Source of the DNA: a virus
Taxonomy: Duplodnaviria > Heunggongvirae > Uroviricota > Caudoviricetes
Length of the DNA: 29,524 nt
Strand: one strand, 5' to 3'
Virus record (IMG/VR): IMGVR_UViG_2693429557_000011
Part shown: piece by piece, positions 7,922 through 16,406 of the stretch
Position numbering within the stretch: position 1 is the stretch's first letter
Layout: each line of letters begins with the position of its first letter
Program-made: the position numbers and the translations under genes
The notes under the pieces: model-generated
The model's input: only the letters and a program-made list of their open reading frames with translations
Database searches by the model: none
Told to the model about the DNA's origin: nothing

Positions 7922-10744
7922 ATGACGGCAGAGTACATCAGGGACTGGCAACAACCGCGCCACGCAGTGGGGCGTGAAGGAACGGGGATCCCCGCTCCTG
8001 AATCCGCGCTTTCCTCCTGGCTGGATGCCCACCGGGCAGAGAACGAGCGCCGCCAGGAAATGGCTGATGCGGCGTTCTCCGCCACGCCACTGGGCAACCT
8101 GATTAATAAAAGCCTGGACGCACAGGAAAAACAGGACAAAACCATCACACTGGCAGGAGACGCCAGAAAACAGGCACGCGGCGCGGTGGATGAAGCCATG
8201 GCCTCGCTGCGCCTGCTGCCGTCCTATCTGCGCGATCCGCTTATTCGCCACCTCTCCTTCCTGCGCAAAAAACAGGAAGCCGATCGCCGGAAAGGCAAAA
8301 AGAGCTGGCAGGCGGAACGCTATGCACGCGGAACCCTGCGCAAAATATTCGAACGTCTGGATCGCACTGACGGACACTGGCTGACACCGGGTTATCGCTC
8401 CCTTGCCGGACGTGAACGCCTGGACGATTTGCTTTACCTGCCGCAACTCAACAAACACCAGATACAGACGCTGGCCACCATGACGGCGGCGATGTTCAGC
8501 AGCACCTTCGAAAAACTCTGCGATGGTTTTGGCGCGACTGATGGCGAGCTGACCATGGATGTAACGCTGAAGGCGTATCAGATGCTGGCCCGCATGGCGT
8601 TACACTTACACGCCATGCCTCCGCATTATGACGCACTGACAACAGACAAAGACCGGAGGCACGAACCGGACACAGAACTGCTGCCGGGCGCAATCCTTCG
8701 CCTGACCTGTGCGGAATGGTGGAAACGCAAACTGTGGCTGTTACGTTGCGAGTGGAGAGAAGAACAACTTCGCGCCGCCTGTCTGGTTTCCAGAAAAACA
8801 TCGCCCTATCTGAGCCAGGACGCGTTAAGCGAGTTTCGCGCACAGCGCGAGAAAACACGCGATTTCCTGAAAAGTTTCATGCTGGAAAATGAAGACGGGT
8901 TCACGATTGATCTCGAGACGGTGTATTACGCGGGAGTAAGTAACCCGGTTCACCGTAAGGCAGAAATGATGGCCACCATGAAGGGGCTGGAACTTCTGGC
9001 CGAAGCCCGTGGCGACAAAGCGGTGTTTCTGACTGTCACCTGCCCGTCAAAATACCACGCCACAACGGAGAACGGTCATCCGAATCCCAAATGGAACGGG
9101 GCCACAATGCGCGACTCCAGCGATTACCTGGTTAACACGTTTTTTGCGACGGTCCGCAAAAAACTGAACCGCGACGGCCTGCGCTGGTATGGCATCCGCA
9201 CGGCGGAGCCTCACCATGACGGCACCGTGCACTGGCATATGATGGTCTTTGCTCATCCGGAAGAAATCGACACCATTGTGTCCCACACCCGCGATATTGC
9301 CATTCAGGAAGATCGTCACGAGCTGGGCGATGACATAACTCCGCGCTTTAAGGCGGAGTATGTAGACGGCTCAAAAGGCACGCCAACCAGCTACATCGCC
9401 ACCTACATCGGGAAAAACCTGGACAGCCGCGCCGTGGATGGCATCGACCCGAAAACGGGCAAGCCACGCGTTGACCACGAAACCGGAAAATCAATGGCCG
9501 AGAGCGTGGAACGCGCCATCGGCTGGGCGCGCCTTCACCGGGTCCGCCAGTTCCAGTTCTTTGGCATCCCCTCCCGCCAGGTATGGCGTGAACTGCGCCG
9601 CCTTGCCAGCCAGATGGCACGCAACCCGGAAGGCCCGCAACGGCTGAAGGATGACGCAATGGATGCGGTTCTTGCCGCCGCTGATGCCGGATGTTTTGCC
9701 ACCTACATAGAGAAACAGGGCGGCGTACTTGTTCCACGCAAAGACTACCTGATTCGCACCGCCTACGACCTCGCCGATGAGCTGAACGATTACGGCGAAC
9801 AGAGCGTACAGATTTACGGGATCTGGTCACCACTCATCGGGGAATCCTCCCGTGTGTGCACGCATCCGGATAACTGGAAGCTGGTAAGACGCAAACCGGA
9901 AGCGGAAGACAGCGCCCGCGAAAATGGTTTTGACCTTCAGGGCGGCCCTGCCGCCCCTTGGACTCGTGGCAATAACTGTCCCCGTGTACAGGAAACGGAC
10001 AACAACGGGACAGAACAGCCGGAAGAACGGCCAGCACCGTGGCCGCAGCTCCCTGACGGCGTTGATGTGGATGAATGGATGCGCTCACTGAAACGGCACG
10101 AACGCCGGGCGCTGATGCGTTCGCTTCGTGACAAACAGGCAAAAAACAGCAGTGATGAAATGCAGAGCTGGACACAGAGCCGCAAACAGCAGCGGCCTTT
10201 GCCTGATAACCACGAATTACTCGCTAAAGAATGGCGGGAGTCTGCTGAATCTCTCGGCCTGCATATCGGTGAACAACAGATGCAGCACCTGTTACGGGGC
10301 GGCAGTCTGTACGTTGACGGCAGCATCATTGCACCGCAGGGATTTGAAATTGTACGCAAACCGGATACCCGCCCGGACAGCCGAATCACGCAGCTCTGGC
10401 AGCGCCTGAGCCGTAATCATGGCGTAAGCAGCACGGAGATCCGCCATAACCCGGTCGCCAGCTATCTGACACAGCTGGGGGCATCAGACCCTGAAGCCGC
10501 CGCACGCCTGGCATCCACACTTCAGCAGGACCAGAACACCATGAAAACACCCGTTACCGTGCTTTCTGACATGCTGCGCGCCATCCGCGACGCAGAGCAC
10601 GCACAGAGAATCAGTGAAACCACTGAACGCGCCCGCCGCAAAGCAGACCTGCTGCGGGGTGGCCTGACCAGTGGAAACAAAAAACAGACAGAAACGGGAC
10701 TCACGAATCCCGTAAATGAGCAAAAAACGCGCAGCGATATATGA
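7922..10744 (+). CDS. A: P2 A-type rolling-circle replication initiator (HUH endonuclease), 940 aa
   Basis: The HUH motif VHWHMMVFAHPEE is present, the protein is large, and it occupies the position of gene A in P2-like genomes. The C-terminal ~250 aa are R/Q/E-rich low complexity, and the protein is longer than my recollection of P2 A (~760 aa). Confidence 0.85.
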   Translation: MTAEYIRDWQQPRHAVGREGTGIPAPESALSSWLDAHRAENERRQEMADAAFSATPLGNLINKSLDAQEKQDKTITLAGDARKQARGAVDEAMASLRLLPSYLRDPLIRHLSFLRKKQEADRRKGKKSWQAERYARGTLRKIFERLDRTDGHWLTPGYRSLAGRERLDDLLYLPQLNKHQIQTLATMTAAMFSSTFEKLCDGFGATDGELTMDVTLKAYQMLARMALHLHAMPPHYDALTTDKDRRHEPDTELLPGAILRLTCAEWWKRKLWLLRCEWREEQLRAACLVSRKTSPYLSQDALSEFRAQREKTRDFLKSFMLENEDGFTIDLETVYYAGVSNPVHRKAEMMATMKGLELLAEARGDKAVFLTVTCPSKYHATTENGHPNPKWNGATMRDSSDYLVNTFFATVRKKLNRDGLRWYGIRTAEPHHDGTVHWHMMVFAHPEEIDTIVSHTRDIAIQEDRHELGDDITPRFKAEYVDGSKGTPTSYIATYIGKNLDSRAVDGIDPKTGKPRVDHETGKSMAESVERAIGWARLHRVRQFQFFGIPSRQVWRELRRLASQMARNPEGPQRLKDDAMDAVLAAADAGCFATYIEKQGGVLVPRKDYLIRTAYDLADELNDYGEQSVQIYGIWSPLIGESSRVCTHPDNWKLVRRKPEAEDSARENGFDLQGGPAAPWTRGNNCPRVQETDNNGTEQPEERPAPWPQLPDGVDVDEWMRSLKRHERRALMRSLRDKQAKNSSDEMQSWTQSRKQQRPLPDNHELLAKEWRESAESLGLHIGEQQMQHLLRGGSLYVDGSIIAPQGFEIVRKPDTRPDSRITQLWQRLSRNHGVSSTEIRHNPVASYLTQLGASDPEAAARLASTLQQDQNTMKTPVTVLSDMLRAIRDAEHAQRISETTERARRKADLLRGGLTSGNKKQTETGLTNPVNEQKTRSDI

Positions 10745-10794
10745 AGCGCGCACAAAACAGGCAAAAACGGGATTTCAGAATCCCGTAAACGATT
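10686..10794. promoter_or_regulatory. Two ~40-bp direct repeats, each containing a 6-bp-arm inverted repeat (acggga-N8-tcccgt), at the end of A and upstream of parM
   Basis: Copy 1 is aaaacagacagaaacgggactcacgaatcccgtaaatgag (10686-10720). Copy 2 is acaaaacaggcaaaaacgggatttcagaatcccgtaaacgatt (10752-10794). This is a candidate centromere/operator for the downstream ParR-like protein. Confidence 0.5.
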
Positions 10795-10820
10795 AATTAA
10801 TCAACATAAGGAAAAGCGAC

Positions 10821-11780
10821 ATGAAAATTTGTATCGACGACGGCTCCACCAACATCAAGCTGGCATGGACTGAGAACGGCGAACGCCGCAACGCCATCAG
10901 CCCGAACAGCTTCAAGTCGGAATGGTCTGCGCCGTTCGGTGGCATGCAGCCCGCGAACTACATGCTTGATGGCGTGCGCTATGGTTTTGATCCGGTCAGC
11001 GATCGCTTTGTCCAGACAACCGACACGCAATACCAGTACAGCGATGTAAATGTCATTGCCATTCATCACGCGCTGGTCAAATCAGGCATCACGCCACAGG
11101 AGGTGGATGTGGTTGTCACCCTGCCACTGAGCGAGTATTTCGACACAAACGCACAGCCGGACATGGCCAACATCAACCGCAAAAAAGCGAACGTTATGCG
11201 CCCGGTGGAGTACCAGAACGGCGAAGCATTCACTATCCGTAACGTGCGGGTTATGCCTGAATCCATTCCGGCTGGCTTTAAGGCACTGGCTGACATGAGT
11301 CCGTTTGAATCCCTGCTGATTGTGGATTTGGGCGGAACCACGCTGGATGTGGCAAAGGTTCAGGGGCAACTGGCAGGTATCAGCCAGGTGTTTTGCGATC
11401 CACACGTAGGCGTTTCTCTGATGGCCGATGCCGTACTGTCGGTGATGGCCACTAACGGTATGCGCACCAGTCACCACATCGCCAATACCATTATCGAACA
11501 TCGCCATGATGAAGCCTGGCTGCGCCAGCACATCCACAATGACGCGCATTACGCCAGCCTGATGGCGGTTATTCGTGAAAAGGAAGAAACACTGAAACAA
11601 CGCGTGATCCGCGCGCTGGCGGGTTTTTCGGGTTACGGGCGGGTGATGGTTGTCGGTGGAGGGGCGGAGATTGTGGCACCCGCTATCCGCGAAGCCTGCG
11701 GAGTTAATGCGACTTTCATCGCGGACGGGGTGCCACAGTTTGCTCTGGTTAATGGGCTGTACGCAATGGACAAGGAGTAA
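10821..11780 (+). CDS. parM: ParM/StbA-family actin-like segregation ATPase (319 aa)
   Basis: The N-terminus MKICIDDGSTNIKLAW matches my recall of the plasmid R1 ParM (StbA) N-terminus MLVFIDDGSTNIKLQW. Further actin-fold motifs LIVDLGGTTLDV and VMVVGGGAEIV are present, and the length matches ParM (~320 aa). Confidence 0.85.
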   Translation: MKICIDDGSTNIKLAWTENGERRNAISPNSFKSEWSAPFGGMQPANYMLDGVRYGFDPVSDRFVQTTDTQYQYSDVNVIAIHHALVKSGITPQEVDVVVTLPLSEYFDTNAQPDMANINRKKANVMRPVEYQNGEAFTIRNVRVMPESIPAGFKALADMSPFESLLIVDLGGTTLDVAKVQGQLAGISQVFCDPHVGVSLMADAVLSVMATNGMRTSHHIANTIIEHRHDEAWLRQHIHNDAHYASLMAVIREKEETLKQRVIRALAGFSGYGRVMVVGGGAEIVAPAIREACGVNATFIADGVPQFALVNGLYAMDKE

Positions 11781-11784
11781 ACCA

Positions 11785-12096
11785 ATGACGACACCAACCA
11801 GACGGATAAGTTTCTATCTGAAGCCTGCGGCCGTCAAGAACGAAAGCGAAGCATGCGCCTGGCTGGGCAGCCTTACACCAGAAGCCCGCAAAAGCGGCCA
11901 ACGCGTGGCTTTTCTGGCCGGGCTGGCACTTCTGAAAATGAATCCAGCAGAGGCTTACCGACTGGCTGCATGGGCTGACGATGAGGCGTTATCGGTGACA
12001 CAAACCAGGACAGAACGCCCCGTGCCACAGCCAGTACCAACCGCACAGATAACCAGTCAGATAGCAGGGAATATCCGGGCATTATTTCCTGAATGA
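11785..12096 (+). CDS. parR: ParR-like centromere-binding adaptor (103 aa, start MTTPTRRISF)
   Basis: It lies 4 nt after the parM stop with an AAGGAG RBS. Segments RISFYLKP, RVAFLAGLALLKMNP and IRALFPE resemble R1 ParR as recalled (RTIAFKLNP, RAALTAGLALYRQDP, ILRSLFPKE), and the gene order parM-parR matches R1. Confidence 0.65.
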   Translation: MTTPTRRISFYLKPAAVKNESEACAWLGSLTPEARKSGQRVAFLAGLALLKMNPAEAYRLAAWADDEALSVTQTRTERPVPQPVPTAQITSQIAGNIRALFPE

Positions 12097-12156
12097 CGAA
12101 TTTGACGGCTTTTAATTTTATCGGGGTGCACTGTCGCCCCGCACGAGGAAAACACG

Positions 12157-12681
12157 ATGAAAAAATACGAATACATGCTAATGAAAGAAGCACTGCGGGC
12201 TGGTCTGGCTCCCTGTCCTGTATCCGTAGAAGCTGTTGTTGGGAACACGATTTTCCGAACGCTGCGAAATCGCGTATCCGTGAAGATGGTTCACCAACCA
12301 CCCAAATCTACCAGCATGATCTATCTGCCGCTGCCCGAGGCTATCAAACTTATGCGTTCGCTGAAATTTGCGATTTGGATGCAGACACAAATCAACAAAG
12401 CGGTGCAAAACACCTTCGTTAAGAGACTAATACCGGAGCTTGCTGCCAGATGTGCAAAATGTACCAGACCCGCACTTCAATTTGATCTGTCATTGATTCA
12501 ACAAGCTACGGAGGCAGAACTGTACCGCCTGTCACCTATCCGTGATGCTCACACGGAAGCATCAGAAATGTTCCGGCTCATGTTTCAATTTAATTTTGCC
12601 GTTCGACGCACACGCGTTCAGGTCAATCGCATGATGCAGGAGCAGGAAGAGTTAACACAGTACAAAGGGGGCAGCCAGTGA
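12157..12681 (+). CDS. Hypothetical protein (174 aa), first gene of the hotspot cargo cassette
   Basis: The ORF has a GAGGA RBS. It is a basic protein with no motif I recognise. Its stop overlaps the next start (GTGA). Confidence 0.6.
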   Translation: MKKYEYMLMKEALRAGLAPCPVSVEAVVGNTIFRTLRNRVSVKMVHQPPKSTSMIYLPLPEAIKLMRSLKFAIWMQTQINKAVQNTFVKRLIPELAARCAKCTRPALQFDLSLIQQATEAELYRLSPIRDAHTEASEMFRLMFQFNFAVRRTRVQVNRMMQEQEELTQYKGGSQ

Positions 12682-12917
12682 GTAATTCAGCACGACTACA
12701 GCTTGGTTTTTCACCGCTATCAAAAACCATCGTATTGGCAAAAATGCGTGACTTAGGAGACGGAACAAAACGCCGCGTAGGAAATGATCGCGGTCGCGAT
12801 GTAACCAACGAGGCCGCTCAACTCGTTTGGCATCTAGTCATGGCAGAAGGCGGTGAAATTAATTGGGAGCTGGATGATGGTTCTCGTATGATTTTGAGGG
12901 CCGAGAAGAGTAAATAG
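12678..12917 (+). CDS. Hypothetical protein (79 aa), translationally coupled to the 174-aa gene
   Basis: A GTG start overlaps the upstream TGA stop. The protein is acidic and contains a W-rich segment EAAQLVWHLVMAEGGEINWELDDGS. Confidence 0.5.
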   Translation: MSNSARLQLGFSPLSKTIVLAKMRDLGDGTKRRVGNDRGRDVTNEAAQLVWHLVMAEGGEINWELDDGSRMILRAEKSK

Positions 12918-12931
12918 CTCAAGGGGGATTA

Positions 12932-13117
12932 ATGCTAAATGATGATGAAGAAGAGCTGCTTATGCAGGAATGGTCGCTCGGTGATTATGATAATGGTGAA
13001 AATGGGTGCCCGCATTGTGGCCGTTATCGTTTATGTATCTGCCAGAATGGAAAACACAGATGTGAAAAGTGCAATTGGTCTCCGGAACTTAATGACTACG
13101 TGCCGATCGAGTGGTAG
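12932..13117 (+). CDS. Small Cys-rich zinc-ribbon protein (61 aa)
   Basis: CPHCGRYRLCICQNGKHRCEKC gives six Cys residues, including two CxxC pairs 14 residues apart. An AAGGGGGA RBS is present. It is the last gene before the non-coding cos region. Confidence 0.5.
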   Translation: MLNDDEEELLMQEWSLGDYDNGENGCPHCGRYRLCICQNGKHRCEKCNWSPELNDYVPIEW

Positions 13118-13608
13118 AGGTAAGTCACACTAGGTGTTTTTTAGTTGATTTTATAAATGCACAATAGTGCACAAATTTGCACAATTTTTTTGAACGACTT
13201 TTTGCCCTTCCGGCCCGCGTGGCGGCTGGATCCGTCAAGGATCCGTGCATGCACAAAAAAACGCGTTTTTTCTGCGCGCAGGTGACGGGGGAACAGCCCG
13301 CGTTTCAGGGGGTAAATAGCATTCCCTGAACGATGTCGCAGAGATACAACAGAATGGCTGTATTTCTCACGCTGAGCGTGAAAAAGACGTGAGGGCTTTT
13401 GATTTGATGGGGTGAAAGGTAAGGCCGTCAAAATCGCACTGAGACGGCGAGAATATGCAGTCAACGAGGTGGGATTGCGTAAGAGTCTGACTGTCGATGA
13501 TGGCAATCAGCAGGAAAGCGTCGTGAAATTATCTGACTGATACAGGAGCTGGAGAGTCGGGGCATAAATTTTTTATGCCCCGGCGAAGCAGCAGACAAGC
13601 GAAGCGCG
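13118..13608. other. Non-coding region expected to contain the phage cos site (inferred by synteny)
   Basis: This 490-bp gap sits between the hotspot genes and portal Q, where P2-like phages have cos. It contains GC-rich candidate motifs gcgtggcgg (13218) and gacgggggaacagc (13281) resembling the 186/P2 cohesive ends as recalled. A direct repeat ggatccgt-caag-gatccgt (13229) and a perfect palindrome ggggcataaa-ttt-tttatgcccc (13557-13582) are also present. Confidence 0.4.
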
Positions 13609-14655
13609 TCAGGATGTGGGCTGGGTGTCTAACAGTGCGTAAGGGTTAAAGCGGATCACCTCTTCGCCAAGCCAGTCATTGATGTGCTTCATGGCCTCCA
13701 TGACGGGCATCAGCTCGTTAATTGCGTAAACCCGCGCGGCCTTCTCCACATCACCAAACGCACTTTTTTCGCCCGGCATCGCCCCCATCAGTTGCGGCGG
13801 AACGCGGTGCGCAGCCAGCACATCATCACGGGATGCCGCCTTAACATTCATGAACTCATCCTTTGCGGTGATCTGCTGGAACGGCAAAATTTGCACCCCC
13901 TCTTTGCCCCCGTTGGGCGCATGAATGAGCACGTTTTTAAACGCACCACCACCACGTGCCCCCTGTAGCGTTTCTTTCAGGGAGTCCATGCTTTCGCGGT
14001 TTACCTGCGCTGCACCGATGTAGATGATGCACCCGGCGTGGGATCCGTTGTCGTAGTACAGTTTTCTGAACATGTCCGCCGAATGAGAAAGGCTGGCCGA
14101 GAGTAATGCGCCAAGATATTCCGGCATGCCGTAGATTTCCTGGTTAATATCCGGATTCATCAGGTGGCACACTTTGCCAGGACGAAACTGAAACGCATCC
14201 TTGCCATCCTGCACATACCACCATGATTCAAGATCGCTTCCGCGTCGCATGTATTTCGCCAGGGCGTGCCGTAATTTAAGCGGTTCGCCGAGCATATTGC
14301 TCCGAAGCTCAAGGAATGCGTTACCGAACACAAACCAGTCCAGCGCCAGCGCCGAGAAATCCTGCCGGGAAAGCAGCGGGTGCGGAATATAGCAGCCGAG
14401 CAATACATTGCGCTTAAAGTAAAGCGCAGACTGATGCCAGGACGTTTGCCGGGCAGCTCTTGCCAGACCGTACCAGTCCACCGGGGTTTCATACCACCGC
14501 CCGTTATCAGCACAGTACATATTGTCCAGCAGGTCATGCCCGGTCAGGCGGTAAGGACCATCAAATGTGAATGCACTGAGCGACGATTCTTTCCTGAGCG
14601 CATCAGCGAGATCAATGCGTGAACTCATGCGCACTTTTTTATTTTTTCTGCTCAT
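13609..14655 (-). CDS. Q: Portal protein (P2 Q-like, 348 aa)
   Basis: The size matches, it is co-oriented and overlaps terminase P (ATGA), and it is divergent from the O-N-M-L block exactly as in P2. Confidence 0.9.
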   Translation of the reverse strand: MSRKNKKVRMSSRIDLADALRKESSLSAFTFDGPYRLTGHDLLDNMYCADNGRWYETPVDWYGLARAARQTSWHQSALYFKRNVLLGCYIPHPLLSRQDFSALALDWFVFGNAFLELRSNMLGEPLKLRHALAKYMRRGSDLESWWYVQDGKDAFQFRPGKVCHLMNPDINQEIYGMPEYLGALLSASLSHSADMFRKLYYDNGSHAGCIIYIGAAQVNRESMDSLKETLQGARGGGAFKNVLIHAPNGGKEGVQILPFQQITAKDEFMNVKAASRDDVLAAHRVPPQLMGAMPGEKSAFGDVEKAARVYAINELMPVMEAMKHINDWLGEEVIRFNPYALLDTQPTS

Positions 14656-16406
14656 CAGAACTCCATAACCGTGAAACGCTCGTTTTCTCCTTCGCCGCCA
14701 ATCGGTTCGTTAATGACAGCAAGCATGGTTGCCCACGCAAGGTCGCCGTGGCTGATCCCCCTCGCGCGGTCCGTTTCGTAAGTGATAAAACCGCCCGGTG
14801 TTTTCACCTTACGCACGGCGTTAAAGGCCGCAACCAGCTCGCGTTCGGCGCGATCGTATTCCCACCGCCCGGCACGCATTATTTGCAGCATTTTCAGTAC
14901 CAGCGACCGTTTTGATGACAGCGTGAAGGTGTAAGGGATGGCGGCGGGAAAAAACCGTTTCACTATCTGATAGACGGCATCCCCGTGCCCGCCCGTCGCA
15001 TCAATGCCGATGTGTTCCACGTTGTAGCGATACGTGAACTCTTCAATAACTCTGGCCTGCTCTTCAAATTCCAGCCCCTGAACGCGTCGCGTCTCCACCG
15101 TTCTGAAACGACCACCAGGAACAGCCGGAGGAACCACCACGGACACAGCGCCGCTGTCGCCGTTACCACTGCTGCCGTTTGCGTCATACCCAATCCATAC
15201 CGGACGATTCCCCATCGGGCGGGGGGCAAAGGGTTTCCAGTCTTTCCAGTCGTCGTATCCGTCAACACCGCAGCCAATCAGGATATTCAGGTTAAATGCC
15301 GATTCCCCTTCGCGGACAAACTCACACATATAGAGATTGCGGAACTCGTCTTCGGTGTTTTCATCACGAATTTCATCAATATCGGTGTGTTTCCAGCCGT
15401 GATTAACCACATCTTCCAGCGTGACAATTTGCCGCCACGTCCGGTCAGGGCAGATAAGCCCGTTATGCAGCGTTTTCCAGTCCACAGAAAAACGCTGGCG
15501 TTTATGCGCGGCCTTTTTCTCGTTCCAGCGGTCGCCGTTCCAGTAGGCGTATGCCTCGTGCGTTTCGGTGGATGGCGTGGAGAAGCAGGTGCGCCGCAGT
15601 CCGCTGAGGGTTGCCATAGCGCCAGCCACCTTGCGCAGTTCAGCAAAGCGACTGACCCAGAAAAATTCATCAAAATAAAAATTGCCCGTGTAAGATTGCG
15701 CCGTCGCAGCAGAAGTGCCGAGAAAATGCATCTCTGCGCCGTTGGAGAGGATGATTTTATCGCCCCCTTTCAGCTCCACATCGACTTCAGCCGCGGCCTT
15801 CTGAATAATGCTTTTAAACTGGAACGCCTGACGACGCGACGCAGACAAAAAAATCTGGTTACGCTGGTAAGGTTGTGCCACATCGTCACGCAGCGCCATC
15901 AGCAGTGCTTCCTGTGCAAAATACCAGGTCGCCCCAATCTGTCGGGATTTCAGGATCATCCTGTTACGTATCCCGGCTTCCCTGCAAAGCGTCAGGGAGT
16001 CAAACCAGCCCCGCTGATGCCACTCCAGCCTGCTGATGATTTTTTCCCGCAGTGCGGCAATCTGTTCCGGCGTGAAATGATTTTTGAGTTTTTTCGCCCG
16101 GCCTTTCTTTCCTGTGGCCGTCGCATCCGGCTGGCCATCATGCAGTTTTTTAAGCTGCCGGGTCAGCAGGTCTATTTCCTTAAAGTCACCACCTGTTTTA
16201 TTCTGTTTTTCAGTAAGCTGGATGAGGCGCGCATCGATGGACTGCGTGACACGCTGCACGGGTGGCGTTTCATCCCACTGGTCGCGTTTTTTCCACGCAT
16301 AAATCGTGTTCGGGTTTATTCCCATCAGACGTGATATTTCTGCGGGCGGATAACCCTGCCAGTAAAGTTGCCGCGCACGCTGGCGCACAAAAGCGTCCTG
16401 AATCAT
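14655..16406 (-). CDS. P: Terminase large (ATPase) subunit (P2 P-like, 583 aa)
   Basis: The size matches P2 P. The position is divergent from the scaffold gene O. The C-terminal half is nuclease-like (DANGSSGNGDSGAVSVV). Confidence 0.9.
   Translation of the reverse strand: MIQDAFVRQRARQLYWQGYPPAEISRLMGINPNTIYAWKKRDQWDETPPVQRVTQSIDARLIQLTEKQNKTGGDFKEIDLLTRQLKKLHDGQPDATATGKKGRAKKLKNHFTPEQIAALREKIISRLEWHQRGWFDSLTLCREAGIRNRMILKSRQIGATWYFAQEALLMALRDDVAQPYQRNQIFLSASRRQAFQFKSIIQKAAAEVDVELKGGDKIILSNGAEMHFLGTSAATAQSYTGNFYFDEFFWVSRFAELRKVAGAMATLSGLRRTCFSTPSTETHEAYAYWNGDRWNEKKAAHKRQRFSVDWKTLHNGLICPDRTWRQIVTLEDVVNHGWKHTDIDEIRDENTEDEFRNLYMCEFVREGESAFNLNILIGCGVDGYDDWKDWKPFAPRPMGNRPVWIGYDANGSSGNGDSGAVSVVVPPAVPGGRFRTVETRRVQGLEFEEQARVIEEFTYRYNVEHIGIDATGGHGDAVYQIVKRFFPAAIPYTFTLSSKRSLVLKMLQIMRAGRWEYDRAERELVAAFNAVRKVKTPGGFITYETDRARGISHGDLAWATMLAVINEPIGGEGENERFTVMEF

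Noticed and set aside
7385-8458. 357-aa minus-strand ORF overlapping the 121-aa gene and the start of gene A
   Set aside because: It is antisense to a GC-rich, well-supported coding region (the A replication protein with HUH motif). It has no RBS or synteny support and is a typical high-GC antisense artefact.
12932-13117. Possibility that the 61-aa zinc ribbon is the Ogr late activator
   Set aside because: Ogr/Delta are encoded at the other end of P2-type prophages (next to attR), and their Cys spacing (CxxC-N22-CxxxxC) differs from CPHC-N5-CIC-N6-CEKC here. It is kept as an unknown zinc-ribbon protein.
13141-13506. 121-aa minus-strand ORF in the cos region
   Set aside because: It lies in the large non-coding region expected to contain cos. 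It has no RBS, an odd composition and no neighbouring operon context.
14985-16334. 449-aa plus-strand ORF
   Set aside because: It lies entirely antisense within terminase large-subunit gene P. Its product is low-complexity and R-rich, so it is spurious.
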